Assembly (NCBI GenBank): GCA_024653945.1
Contig: JANLIT010000003.1
Location: forward strand, 30,097 to 94,096
Length of the DNA: 64,000 nucleotides
Direction of reading: 5' to 3'
From: Candidatus Campbellbacteria bacterium
Lineage (GTDB): Bacteria > Patescibacteriota > Minisyncoccia > Phycocordibacterales > EsbW-18
Shown: one piece after another, positions 36,739 to 47,006 of the stretch
How positions within the stretch are numbered: the first letter of the stretch is position 1
Layout of the letters: each line of letters starts with the position of its first letter
The notes under the pieces: model-generated
Told to the model about the DNA's origin: nothing
The model's input: only the letters and a program-made list of their open reading frames with translations
The model's database searches: none
Position numbers and translations under genes: made by a program

Positions 36739-39399
36739 TTATTCTTTGGACTTTGTACTTTGAACTTTGTGCTTACGCAATGCTTTGTGTAGATACTTTC
36801 CTGTGTGTGTACCAGAATCCGCAACTTCTTCTGGTGTTCCGTGAGCAACAACCTTCCCGCCTTCATTTCCTCCGTCAGGGCCTATATCTATAATGTAATC
36901 CGCACTCTTCACAATGTCCATGTTGTGCTCAATGAGGATAACGGAGTTTCCTTTTGTGGTAAGCATTTGGAGTATTTCTATCAGTTTTCGCACATCTTCG
37001 TAATGAAGCCCAATTGTCGGCTCATCAAGGAGATAAAGTGTTTTTTGTACGTGTGTGCGGTAGAGTTCAGAAGAAATTTTGACACGCTGTGATTCCCCAC
37101 CTGAGAGCGTTGTGGCCGATTGGCCGAGTTGTAAATACCCAAGACCTACCTCATTGAGTGTGTTGAGTCGGTCAAATATTGCAGGAATATCATTAAAAAA
37201 TGCGAGAGCTTCCTCAACGGTCATTGAAAGCACGTCGTGGATGCTCTTGTTTCGATATTCAATTTCTAGTGTTTCGCGCATAAACCGTTTGCCATGACAC
37301 ACATCACACCCAACATACACCGTCGGCAAAAAGTGCATCTCAACCGCAATCTCACCTTTTCCTTCACATGCTTCACATCGCCCACCTTTTACATTGAATG
37401 AAAAACGACTTGCTTTCCAGCCACGAGCACGAGCTTCTGCTGTTGTGGCGAACATGTCACGAATATGGGTGAATGCGCCAGTGTATGTTGCTGGATTACT
37501 GCGTGATGTGCGTCCAATCGGCGACTGGTCAATCATAATCGTTCGAGACACATACTCTGTTCCTGTGATAGACCCACAATTAAACGTTTGCGCGGTGCGA
37601 TATTTTCTCTCAAGGCGCGCCTGCAAATTTTTGTACAAAATCTCATACATGAACGACGATTTTCCGGAACCAGAAACACCCGTGACAACAATAAACTTGC
37701 CGAGTGGAATATCCACATTCATATTTTTTATATTGAAGATGTTTCCTCCGCGAATTTTAATCGTTCCCTTATCCGCCGTACGGCGCATCTCGGGAAGTTC
37801 AATTTGTTTTTCTCCGCGCAAATAGGCAAGCGTGAGTGATTTTCCTTTCACTGGAGGTTCTTTTGCGGTCAATAATTCTTCCAAATCTCCGGCAACGACG
37901 ATTTTCCCTCCATGAATACCGGCACCGGGCCCAATGTCCACAATATAATCGGATGAAAAAATGGTGTCCTCATCATGTTCAACAATAATCACGGTATTTC
38001 CAAGGTCGCGAAGATTGTGGAGTGTTCTGATGAGACGATCGTTATCATGAGCGTGAAGTCCTATTGTTGGTTCATCAAGCACATAGAGAGCGCCCACAAG
38101 TCCTGAGCCGAGTTGGGAAGCAAGTCTGATGCGTTGTGCTTCCCCACCTGAAAGTGTGTTTGCACGACGGTCCAGTGTCAGATACCCAATCCCCACATTC
38201 TGCATAAATTTGAGGCGGTCAATAATTTCACGCACCACCACATTTGAGATTTCTTTTTCTTTCTCCGTCAACGGCAAATCAACAAAAAATGCATGGGCGT
38301 CATCTACAGACAAGGCCGTGAGCTCAACAATATTTTTTTCATGAATACGCACGTGGAGTGCTTCGGGACGAAGACGTGCACCGTTACACACTAAACACGG
38401 GTCGTTAACAAAAAAGTCCTGCGTTCCTAACCCATTACATTCTGCACATGCACCATACGGACTGTTGAATGAAAATAAACGTGGTTCAATTTCTGGGTAC
38501 GAGTAGCCGTCATTTGGACATGAAAACTTGGACGACATAAGCACGCCGATGTCGTTTGTTCCTTTCTTTGTAAACTCATCAATGCCAGAAAAGACAATGC
38601 GCACAAGTCCTTGTGCTTCATGAAGCGAACGTTCAAGTGACTCACGCAACCGTTCAACAGCATTATCTTTCGATTCAACAAAATCAACCAACGGAATACG
38701 GTCAATGAGAATATCAATGTCGTGCTTTTTGTGTTTCTCTAGAATAATTTGCTCACGGAGTTTTTTACGCACACCATCCACCAACACCTCCGTATAGCCA
38801 CGATTGAGAAAGTCATACAACTGTTGGTAGTACTCTCCTTTTCGTCCACGTACAATAGGAGAAAGAATTTCGAGTGCAGGACCACCTTGTGCATCAGTAA
38901 TTGCTTCGGAGAGATTTTTTTGCGTACGTTTCTTGAGACCAGCCGATGCTTTAATAATTTTTTCAAGAATAAAATGCTGAATTTCTTCGTTCGTCAAACG
39001 TTTAATCGGTTCACCACACACCAAACAGTGCGGAATACCAATGCGCGCGTACAAAATACGAAGATAATCGGAAATTTCCGTAATGGTTGCAACAGTTGAA
39101 CGTGGATTATTTGAACGAGATTTTTGGTCAATTGAAATTGCAGGAGAAAGCCCGACGATTTCATCAACATCTGGTTTTGGCATTTGGCTGATAAATTGTC
39201 GCGCGTATGCGGACAGTGATTCAACGTATCGACGTTGGCCTTCAGCAAAAATGGTATCAAACGCAAGGGATGATTTTCCGGAGCCAGACAAACCAGTAAA
39301 CACCACCATTTTGTTGCGTGGCATTTCAACCGTAATATTTTTAAGGTTGTGGGTTCGTGCGCCTTTGACGATTATTTTATCGCTATCTGGTTTTTTCAT
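36739..39399 (-). CDS. uvrA: Excinuclease ABC subunit A
   Basis: Two Walker A motifs ([16 protein letters not shown]), LSGGE signatures, Zn fingers. Confidence 0.98.
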   Translation of the reverse strand: MKKPDSDKIIVKGARTHNLKNITVEMPRNKMVVFTGLSGSGKSSLAFDTIFAEGQRRYVESLSAYARQFISQMPKPDVDEIVGLSPAISIDQKSRSNNPRSTVATITEISDYLRILYARIGIPHCLVCGEPIKRLTNEEIQHFILEKIIKASAGLKKRTQKNLSEAITDAQGGPALEILSPIVRGRKGEYYQQLYDFLNRGYTEVLVDGVRKKLREQIILEKHKKHDIDILIDRIPLVDFVESKDNAVERLRESLERSLHEAQGLVRIVFSGIDEFTKKGTNDIGVLMSSKFSCPNDGYSYPEIEPRLFSFNSPYGACAECNGLGTQDFFVNDPCLVCNGARLRPEALHVRIHEKNIVELTALSVDDAHAFFVDLPLTEKEKEISNVVVREIIDRLKFMQNVGIGYLTLDRRANTLSGGEAQRIRLASQLGSGLVGALYVLDEPTIGLHAHDNDRLIRTLHNLRDLGNTVIIVEHDEDTIFSSDYIVDIGPGAGIHGGKIVVAGDLEELLTAKEPPVKGKSLTLAYLRGEKQIELPEMRRTADKGTIKIRGGNIFNIKNMNVDIPLGKFIVVTGVSGSGKSSFMYEILYKNLQARLERKYRTAQTFNCGSITGTEYVSRTIMIDQSPIGRTSRSNPATYTGAFTHIRDMFATTAEARARGWKASRFSFNVKGGRCEACEGKGEIAVEMHFLPTVYVGCDVCHGKRFMRETLEIEYRNKSIHDVLSMTVEEALAFFNDIPAIFDRLNTLNEVGLGYLQLGQSATTLSGGESQRVKISSELYRTHVQKTLYLLDEPTIGLHYEDVRKLIEILQMLTTKGNSVILIEHNMDIVKSADYIIDIGPDGGNEGGKVVAHGTPEEVADSGTHTGKYLHKALRKHKVQSTKSKE
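36744..36771 (-). repeat. Heptamer repeat (CTTTGNN)x4 at the uvrA 3' end
   Basis: CTTTGGA CTTTGTA CTTTGAA CTTTGTG. Confidence 0.75.
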
Positions 39400-39486
39400 T
39401 TGATTTCACAAAATCACGTCGCGCAAGTGATTCTGCGGAATTATGTCGCGTACCGTCCACTAAGACGCGACCTTGAGGCGCGACGT
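39400..39486 (-). repeat. Nested two-hairpin repeat ending 1 nt before the uvrA ATG
   Basis: ACGTCGCGC-CTCAAG-[GTCGCGT..ACGCGAC A TAATTCCGCAGAATCA]-CTT-GCGCGACG TGATTTTGTGAAATCA A ATG. Confidence 0.92.
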
Positions 39487-39645
39487 ATTCTTCATTACCT
39501 GCTTTGTCCCACACCATGGACAGTGCCATTCTTTTTTGGTAGTTGGTGCATCACCAACTGACCACCACTTATTGCACACTCCACATCGAAAATGTGAAAG
39601 ACGCTCTACCGAACGAAGTCCTTGTTGTTGTGTTTTTTTCTTCAT
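39460..39645 (-). CDS. Small Zn-ribbon protein
   Basis: HFRCGVCNKWWSVGDA...CPWCG; stop codon lies inside the repeat. Confidence 0.75.
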   Translation of the reverse strand: MKKKTQQQGLRSVERLSHFRCGVCNKWWSVGDAPTTKKEWHCPWCGTKQVMKNTSRLKVAS

Positions 39646-39711
39646 ATATGCAGTAATGCCCCCTGTTTTTTGTAGGGGGGGGTACATGGGCAAGTATAGC
39701 AGAAAAGGGAT

Positions 39712-39753
39712 AAGTAGGAAGTAGTAGGTAGAATGTAGTAAGTAGTAGGTAGA
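39712..39753. repeat. Heptamer repeat (ANGTAGN)x6
   Basis: AAGTAGG AAGTAGT AGGTAGA ATGTAGT AAGTAGT AGGTAGA. Confidence 0.8.
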
Positions 39754-39832
39754 AAGCAAAATGTTGGGAAAAGAAAAAGGCGCAGACTAGGATTTCTCCC
39801 AGAGTGCGCCTCACTAACACCAACCGGCGACC

Positions 39833-40360
39833 TTACTTCGTGGCAGCCTTGCGCCCCCGCTTGGAGGAGTCGATGACAGTCTTGCCCCGCACGACGCTCA
39901 CTCGCGTGAGCCGTTTCTGGGTCTCGCCGTCCTTCAGGATTGCCTTCGCCTCGGCTGAGGTGAAGAGCAAGAGGCTCGTGCTGTCGGGAGGGATGATCTT
40001 GACGGCAGGAGCGTCCCCCACGAAGCTGCCGGTGGCCACCTTGACCTCGGTCGACTTCGACTTCTCGGGCTGCTTCTCGTTGTCCTCGATAGCAACAACC
40101 TGAAGGATGGCGGCGATCATGGCCTTGTCACCCTTGATGAGGTTGTAGTCGACGAGGTTCTTGTCCTCGCTCTTCGGCTTCGCGTTGAAGTTGCGGAGAA
40201 CCGTCTCCGCATCATGGAAGCGTGCTTTGGCTTCCGTGAAGTTCGCCGTGGGGAACTTCACCTCGTACTCGGCGAGTCGGCCCTCCAGCACGTTCAGGCG
40301 AGAGACGAGGATGTCGCGGACCGAAATCTGAATCGACTGCTTCTGAAGCTTGGTGTTCAT
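39833..40360 (-). CDS. Hypothetical protein (GC-rich orphan cassette)
   Basis: SD AAGGGAG; promoter TTGACA-16-TATACT at 40496-40523; strong GC3 bias. Confidence 0.8.
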   Translation of the reverse strand: MNTKLQKQSIQISVRDILVSRLNVLEGRLAEYEVKFPTANFTEAKARFHDAETVLRNFNAKPKSEDKNLVDYNLIKGDKAMIAAILQVVAIEDNEKQPEKSKSTEVKVATGSFVGDAPAVKIIPPDSTSLLLFTSAEAKAILKDGETQKRLTRVSVVRGKTVIDSSKRGRKAATK

Positions 40361-40714
40361 GGTTCTTTCTCCCTTGCGACCTTGGTCGCGGTTGGTTGAT
40401 TTGTTCTACTGCAGAATTTTACGCACCGTTCATAAAATTCTTATAAAGTGCCCAAAATTCCGAAGTAGAACCTCTTTTAAAGATCGTACGTGTACAGTAT
40501 ATCATATACATTGTATTTGTCAACCCCATTAGAGATTTCCCTTTAAACAAGCTAAAAAACCTAATAATATAAAGGTACTTTTGACACTGGCAAATGTAAC
40601 AAATCTATACAAACTCTAACGGGGTCAGGCACCCCTCCTTATACCCTTTTAACATTGAGAAATAAGGCCAAAAGGACTACGTTTAAGAGAGCATTACCAA
40701 CTAACTACATACAT

Positions 40715-40906
40715 ATGTCACACAAAAGCTTTATCTCCATTACTACGTTTATTTTTGCGGTCATTGGTATTCTGCACCTTATGCGTGTTCTCTACGCGTG
40801 GAACGCAGTTATTGCGGGCTGGATGGTTCCTATGTGGCTTTCCTGGCTTGCGGTGCTCGCCTGCGCCCTCCTTGTTTGGAGCGGGCTTAAGTTGAGACGT
40901 CACTAA
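40715..40906 (+). CDS. Small two-TM membrane protein
   Basis: IFAVIGILHLMRV...W.VPMWLSW. Confidence 0.75.
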   Translation: MSHKSFISITTFIFAVIGILHLMRVLYAWNAVIAGWMVPMWLSWLAVLACALLVWSGLKLRRH

Positions 40907-41064
40907 TAAACAAACTTTTTTCCATTATAAAACGCGTACGCGTTTTATAATGGAAAAATCAGAATCTCCTTTGCGTTTGACGTAAGAGAAATAGTTTGGT
41001 ATATTCCACACAGTTTTGTACTGTGATTGCCTACTTGTGGGTGCCACATCAGAGGAGGTTTGCG

Positions 41065-41418
41065 ATGGCAAAGAAGCGACGTTTTGCAACGCAGGACCAG
41101 CGTACGAGGGGGGAGATGTTGAATGACCTCTCCCGACAAGGGGAAGAGCTTCGAGATCTTACCAAGGAGAGGGACGAACTTCTCGGCGAGAGACACGTCC
41201 TTCGCCAGGCGAGAGCTGACCTCTTCTTGAACTTTGGGACCGCCAAGCTGGATGTCGCCAGTCTCTCGGAAGAGAAGGCGCACCTTCTGGCGAGAGTCGA
41301 GAACCTCCTAGGGAACGCCGAGGAGATGAGGAAGAGGCACGACGGAGAAAACGAGCGCCATCAGGCCTTCGTCGACGGACTTTCTCTGGCACTCAGAGTC
41401 GTCACCGGCAAGGTGTGA
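41065..41418 (+). CDS. Coiled-coil hypothetical protein (orphan cassette)
   Basis: SD GAGGAGG; TTGACG-17-TATATT upstream; terminator at about 41455-41495. Confidence 0.75.
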   Translation: MAKKRRFATQDQRTRGEMLNDLSRQGEELRDLTKERDELLGERHVLRQARADLFLNFGTAKLDVASLSEEKAHLLARVENLLGNAEEMRKRHDGENERHQAFVDGLSLALRVVTGKV

Positions 41419-41492
41419 GTCCTCGTTCGGATGAACAACCTCTCGGGAGTAAGAGCGGGACGACCATTCAATTGGTCCTCCCGCTTTGTTTT

Positions 41493-43577
41493 TTATTTTT
41501 TCTTTCCCCCCTTCCCCGCCCTCTGTGTAGAATGTGTAGGTTTTTTCTTTTCCAATAGGTGTGTCAGTGCAAGAATTTCATCACGTACAATCGCCGCTGT
41601 TTCAAAATCCAATACCTTCACCGCGTCACTCATTTCTTTTTCTTTTTGTTTGATAAGCTGTTTGAGATTTGCTCCTCCCGCAGTATCAAGTGCCACCAGT
41701 TCGGCGACCGTCGCACCATGTTCACGCAACATATAATCCGTGATGTCTGAGATTTTCTTTTGAATCGTTTTTGGTGTAATGCCGTGTTTCGTATTGTACG
41801 CAATCTGAATTGCACGACGACGGTTTGTCTCACTAATCGCGCGCTCCATTGAGCCAGTCATGGTATCAGCATAGAGAATGACACGCCCGAGCACGTTTCG
41901 CGCCGCACGACCAATGGTTTGAATGAGCGACGTCTCACTGCGTAGAAATCCTTCCTTATCTGCGTCCAAAATACCGATGAGTTCAACTTCGGGTAAATCC
42001 AATCCTTCACGAAGCAAGTTAACTCCCACAATCATGTCAAAACCACCGTTCTTGGAACCTTTTCTAAATTTTGTTAGCAATTCAATGCGTTCAATCGTTT
42101 TAATATCACTGTGTAAATATTCTGCCGAAATCCCCTTCTCTTTCAAATAGTCAGCGACATCTTCCGCCATACGCTTCGTGAGCGTTGTGGTAATGACACG
42201 CGCCCCACTTGCAATAACTTTCTCCGCCTCCGCAATAAAATCATGCACCTGCCCTGCATAGTTTCCTTTTGCTTGGATGGGCCGAACAATCACCTCCGGA
42301 TCAATGAGGCCTGTTGGTCGGATGATTTGCTCCACCACATGACCCTTACTCTTTTCTAATTCATACACGGCCGGCGTTGCCGACGTGTACACCACTTGCC
42401 CCACGCGTTCAGAAAATTCGCTGAATTGCAGTGGACGGTTATCAATCGCCGACGGCAGACGAAAACCAAACTCAATGAGTGTTTTTTTGCGCGAACGGTC
42501 TCCCGCGTACATACCACCAATCTGCGGAACACTCACGTGCGATTCATCAATGACCGTTAAGAAATCGGGTGTGCCGTCTGCTTTTTTTGGAAAATATTCA
42601 AGAAGTGAAAACGGGGGCTCACCTGGCGCGCGTCCGTCAAAATGTCGTGAGTAGTTTTCAATACCACTCACGTAACCAACCTCACGAATCATGGCAAGAT
42701 CATATGACGTACGTCGTTTCAAACGTTCTGCTTCAAGCAACTTCCCTTCCAGGGTTAGTTTTGCAACGTGCTCATCAAGTTCTTCCTTGATACTTTTGAG
42801 AGCTTTTTGTATATCTTCTTTGTCGGACACGAAATGCTTCGCTGGAAAAATAAACACCGATTCAACTTCACTTCGAATCACACGCGACACAGCATCAATA
42901 ATAGAAATTGATTGTATATGGTCATCCGTAAGGTCAATGCGATAGACGATTTTTTCATTCACGGGCATTATTTCAATAGCGTTTCCAATTGCGCGGAATG
43001 TTCCGGGTTTAAGGTCACTGTTGGTGCGCTCAAAATAAATACGAATGAGTTCTCGAATAAAGTGCGAGCGATTTATTTGTGCACCACGCTCAAGTTTGAC
43101 GTGTACTTTTTCGTATTCCTCTGGACGACCGAGGTTGTAAATGCACGACACCGATGCAACCACGATGACATCTTTTCGTGTGAGAAGTGCTTGTGTGGAC
43201 GCATGACGAAGTCGGTCAATCTCTTCGTTGATTTGTGCTTCCTTTTCAATGTAGGTATCGGTAACAGGAACGTACGCTTCTGGTTGATAGTAGTCGTAGT
43301 ACGACACAAAATAGTGCACGGCGTTTTTAGGAAAAAACTCTCGGTACTCTTGCGCCAATTGTGCGGCAAGTGTTTTGTTGTGCGCAATCACCAGCGTTGG
43401 TTTGCCAATGTTTGCAATGACATTTGCCATCGTAAATGTCTTTCCGGAGCCCGTAACGCCCAAAAGCGTCTGGTGTTGCACACCGTCACGAACCCCTTGT
43501 GTGAGGTCTTGTATTGCTTTCGGCTGGTCTCCTGCCGGCTCGAAATGGCTGTATAATTTAAATAGATTTTTTGTCAT
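41493..43577 (-). CDS. uvrB: Excinuclease ABC subunit B
   Basis: GVTGSGKT, YYDYYQPEAY, DESH and QTIGRAAR motifs. Confidence 0.98.
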   Translation of the reverse strand: MTKNLFKLYSHFEPAGDQPKAIQDLTQGVRDGVQHQTLLGVTGSGKTFTMANVIANIGKPTLVIAHNKTLAAQLAQEYREFFPKNAVHYFVSYYDYYQPEAYVPVTDTYIEKEAQINEEIDRLRHASTQALLTRKDVIVVASVSCIYNLGRPEEYEKVHVKLERGAQINRSHFIRELIRIYFERTNSDLKPGTFRAIGNAIEIMPVNEKIVYRIDLTDDHIQSISIIDAVSRVIRSEVESVFIFPAKHFVSDKEDIQKALKSIKEELDEHVAKLTLEGKLLEAERLKRRTSYDLAMIREVGYVSGIENYSRHFDGRAPGEPPFSLLEYFPKKADGTPDFLTVIDESHVSVPQIGGMYAGDRSRKKTLIEFGFRLPSAIDNRPLQFSEFSERVGQVVYTSATPAVYELEKSKGHVVEQIIRPTGLIDPEVIVRPIQAKGNYAGQVHDFIAEAEKVIASGARVITTTLTKRMAEDVADYLKEKGISAEYLHSDIKTIERIELLTKFRKGSKNGGFDMIVGVNLLREGLDLPEVELIGILDADKEGFLRSETSLIQTIGRAARNVLGRVILYADTMTGSMERAISETNRRRAIQIAYNTKHGITPKTIQKKISDITDYMLREHGATVAELVALDTAGGANLKQLIKQKEKEMSDAVKVLDFETAAIVRDEILALTHLLEKKKPTHSTQRAGKGGKKK

Positions 43578-43659
43578 AGAAACACTCATTCTACCATTAT
43601 TTTGATTCTATAGAATTAAAAACAAAACCCGCTTCGGTCAAACCAAAAGCGGGGTCTTT

Positions 43660-43690
43660 GCATCGCGTCGGAATTGAACCGACGCGATGC
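43660..43690 (-). other. Perfect 12-bp hairpin with a tRNA T-loop-like loop
   Basis: GCATCGCGTCGG-TTCAATT-CCGACGCGATGC on the minus strand. Confidence 0.6.
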
Positions 43691-43698
43691 GCTGCAGT

Positions 43699-44058
43699 CT
43701 AGAGCATGGCGAGCCGAAGTCGTCGCTCATGCCAGTAGATGCTCGTGAGCCACAGGCCGAGGAGAGCTGTGCCGATGATTGCTGGCCAGAGGAGCCCGAG
43801 ATTCAGAGTCAGAAAAATCGCACCAGCCACCAGTAAATCTGCCACGAGAACGAAACGGAAACGAATCCGCGGGTTGTCGGCGGCGACGATGGCTATGTGG
43901 AGGACGACGAGAAAGGCCATAACGATGGCAAAACTAACAATGGCAAAACTGATGACCCTTGAACCTTCGGGGGGCGAACTGAAAAGATACGCCACTGTCA
44001 CAAAGGCAATCATCCCGATCGCCCACCAAAGCACGAACTTCAGTTGGCTGTTCAGCAT
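43699..44058 (-). CDS. Four-TM membrane protein (orphan cassette)
   Basis: Hydrophobic ORF; terminator at about 43625-43654. Confidence 0.7.
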   Translation of the reverse strand: MLNSQLKFVLWWAIGMIAFVTVAYLFSSPPEGSRVISFAIVSFAIVMAFLVVLHIAIVAADNPRIRFRFVLVADLLVAGAIFLTLNLGLLWPAIIGTALLGLWLTSIYWHERRLRLAML

Positions 44059-44169
44059 CTTTTTTCTCACTTTCTCCGCAGTGCGGATAAACTGCATATT
44101 TAATTTACGATTGGACACAGTCCAATCAAGATCATTCCGCACGCACAATACTCTTTAAATTGATTTTTG

Positions 44170-45432
44170 TCAAATACGTGAAATATCGCGTTTGGTGAAA
44201 AGATTGATGGTCCACTCAAGCGCTGTGCGTAATTTTGCGCGGATACCAACAAGCGTGAACAGATACGCAGTTCGGTACACCCACCACGCAAGAGGTCCTG
44301 AAAATCGAACACCCCTCACTTCGGCGACCGCACCCCCTTCTCCGAGCGATAGAATAAATCCCTTGTCGTCCCACTCAAATGGCACAACTGTTTCTCCTCG
44401 AATCGTCCGTACAATATTTCGCGCGGTCGCAATTCCCTGCTTCATAGCAATTTGCGCGCGCATTGGATACTGACACGCGGTACTGCGGACAAGCGCTTGG
44501 TCGCCAAGCACGTACACATCGGAATACTGCGAAAGTCGCAGTATGCCATCAACAGGAATACGTCGACTTCGTTCATCAACAACAACGGCGCCAGCGGGAA
44601 GCCATGCTACTTCCGATGCCTTCACACCAGCGGTCCAAATGGTAAGTGTTGAAGGAATCAGTGCGCCATGTGTAGCCACACCTTGCGCTGTTACCTTTTC
44701 AACATGTGTGTTGAGCATAACCTTCACGTTTGGTCGGTGCTCAAGTATTTTTTGTGCCTTAGCACTAATCCATGTATGTGCTCCTTTGACGAGAACATCA
44801 TTACCATCAAGGAGTGTGATTGAGTGAGGAACGCGCACATCACTGTATGTTGTTGAGAGAAGTTCCATAAAATCAGAGAGTTCACCCGTCAGTTCAACTC
44901 CCGTTGCCCCACCACCCACAACAACTACATTAACTTCGGCGGACTTTCCAATACGAAGATGGTCTGCTGAATCATCAAACGCAGAAAGTATTTTGTTTTT
45001 GAGATGTTTTGCGTCATCCAAACTTTTGAGTTGCAACGCGTACTCTTCTGCTCCTTGTGTATTAAAAAAGTTTGTGGTGGACCCAATGCCCATGATGAGT
45101 GTGTCGTAGGAGTAGTTTTTTGAAATACCTTCAGTCAACGCAACCGTCACTTGTTTTGTGTTGAGGTCAACCGCTGTCACACATCCTTCAAGAAACTCGC
45201 GTATATACGGACCCACCATATTTCTAAGTGAGTAGGTGATGCTGTCTGGACGAAGTAATCCAGTGGCAACCTCATGAATCATGGGAATAAAGGTGAAGGA
45301 ATCGGTTGCCGAGACAATGGTAATCTCAATGTTGTCGGATGCCCGCAGTATGCGTGTGAGGGTCAAATACGCATGAAGTCCCGCAAACCCCATACCAACA
45401 ATGATTATGTGTTTCTTTGGGTGCACTTTCAT
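44170..45432 (-). CDS. ndh: Type II NADH dehydrogenase-like FAD oxidoreductase
   Basis: GMGFAG, GGGATGVE, WTAGV and YVLGD motifs. Confidence 0.85.
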   Translation of the reverse strand: MKVHPKKHIIIVGMGFAGLHAYLTLTRILRASDNIEITIVSATDSFTFIPMIHEVATGLLRPDSITYSLRNMVGPYIREFLEGCVTAVDLNTKQVTVALTEGISKNYSYDTLIMGIGSTTNFFNTQGAEEYALQLKSLDDAKHLKNKILSAFDDSADHLRIGKSAEVNVVVVGGGATGVELTGELSDFMELLSTTYSDVRVPHSITLLDGNDVLVKGAHTWISAKAQKILEHRPNVKVMLNTHVEKVTAQGVATHGALIPSTLTIWTAGVKASEVAWLPAGAVVVDERSRRIPVDGILRLSQYSDVYVLGDQALVRSTACQYPMRAQIAMKQGIATARNIVRTIRGETVVPFEWDDKGFILSLGEGGAVAEVRGVRFSGPLAWWVYRTAYLFTLVGIRAKLRTALEWTINLFTKRDISRI

Positions 45433-45567
45433 AGATGCACCTATGATACCAAAATACGGCTTAATAAGAAGCTTTTTGGACACCCCTTTTTTGAGATAAA
45501 GTTTTTATAAAGTCCTCTTTTAAAAAACTGGACAAGAGGAAAGCTTTTGTGATACAAGGAACACTGT

Positions 45568-46242
45568 ATGAAAATTCTGGTCATAGAAGACGAAGCCATT
45601 ATACGTTCCGTCATACGATCGACCCTCCTAGACGAGTTTTTTACTGTTGATACTGCTAGTGATGGTGAGGAAGGAGCTTTTCTCGCCAAAACCAATGAGT
45701 ACGACCTCATAATTTTGGACAACATACTACCCAAGAAAGATGGTATTTCCATCTGTCGTGAAGTTCGTGGGTGTGGCAAAACTGTGCCCATTTTGTCACT
45801 TTCTGTTCAAGGCGACACCTCAACAAAAGTAAACCTTCTGGATGCGGGGGTTGACGACTACCTTACCAAACCATTTTGTGTGGATGAACTCATTGCGCGA
45901 GTACGCGCACTCTTGCGCCGTCCATTTAAAGCCAATGAAGACACGTTGACCGTTGACACATTAACACTGGACTCGCAACGCCACACAGCACAGCGTGGAA
46001 AAGAAAAACTCTCACTCACGCGTAAAGAATTTATGCTTTTGGAATACCTCATGCGAAATGCCGACTACGCTGTTACCCGCGGAATGATTATGGAACATGT
46101 GTGGGAACGAGATGTTGACCCGTTCTCAAATACCATTGAGGCACACATACTGAGTTTGAGAAAAAAGATAGAACGGCCCGGACGTCAAAAACTTATTCAT
46201 ACGATTCCCGGGCAAGGCTACAAGCTCGCGCAGTGTATATGA
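45568..46242 (+). CDS. OmpR/PhoB-family response regulator
   Basis: Receiver (ED, LD..LP, KPF) plus winged helix (LTRKEF, I..LRKK, G.GY). Confidence 0.95.
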   Translation: MKILVIEDEAIIRSVIRSTLLDEFFTVDTASDGEEGAFLAKTNEYDLIILDNILPKKDGISICREVRGCGKTVPILSLSVQGDTSTKVNLLDAGVDDYLTKPFCVDELIARVRALLRRPFKANEDTLTVDTLTLDSQRHTAQRGKEKLSLTRKEFMLLEYLMRNADYAVTRGMIMEHVWERDVDPFSNTIEAHILSLRKKIERPGRQKLIHTIPGQGYKLAQCI

Positions 46243-47006
46243 AGACTCCCGAACTTTCTGACGGCGCACATCGCCGTTTTTTTATTAAAAAGACATCCAT
46301 ATCGACCCGCGAAGTGCCGGAAAGTGCTACGGATATTTTCACTGACATATCACACGCACTTCAGACACCACTCGCCTGTCTCGTGGGAGAATTAGAATTA
46401 TTGGAACGAAAGACACCACAATCACACAAAGGACATGTGCAGAGATGCGAGAAAATAATTCATAACATGTCTGCACTCATTCATAACGCACTCTACATAT
46501 CACGTCTTGAACAAACTGAATTTACAAAATTTATGAAGGATGTAAGTCTCAGTGAGCTCCTCCATGAAATTGTAGAATACATAGAAACCCTTGTCGGCGA
46601 ACGACATATTTTTCTTCATGCGGATATCCAAGAAGATATTTGGGTACGAGGAATAAAAGAAAAAGTTGAAGAGCTTATTATGGCCGTGCTCAGTAACAGT
46701 ATTAAATATAGTAAGCCACGTGGAAAACGAACACTTTTTATTACCCTTCACGGAAATAGCGCAAACACCATTATACATGTGAAAGATAATGGTATTGGTA
46801 TTGCTGATGAGGACTTGCCCCATATCTTTAATAGATTTTATCGTACCCCACATGCAAGCGCACAATCAGAACGTGGGACAGGACTTGGGCTTGCTATCGC
46901 ACAAAAAATTGCAGAAAAACACAAAGCATCAATCACTGTTGAAAGTACGCTTGGTAAAGGCACCCATGTACAAATCTTATTTCCAACACACGAAAGAGTC
47001 CTCTAG
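46239..47006 (+). CDS. Histidine kinase lacking sensor and TM domains
   Basis: SHALQTPL H-box, N-box, DNGIGI, F-box, GTGLGL. Confidence 0.85.
   Translation: MKTPELSDGAHRRFFIKKTSISTREVPESATDIFTDISHALQTPLACLVGELELLERKTPQSHKGHVQRCEKIIHNMSALIHNALYISRLEQTEFTKFMKDVSLSELLHEIVEYIETLVGERHIFLHADIQEDIWVRGIKEKVEELIMAVLSNSIKYSKPRGKRTLFITLHGNSANTIIHVKDNGIGIADEDLPHIFNRFYRTPHASAQSERGTGLGLAIAQKIAEKHKASITVESTLGKGTHVQILFPTHERVL

Noticed and set aside
39400-39416. Stem-2 palindrome as a LexA/SOS box
   Set aside because: It precedes uvrA but also unrelated metabolic and membrane genes, and it is absent before uvrB and recR.
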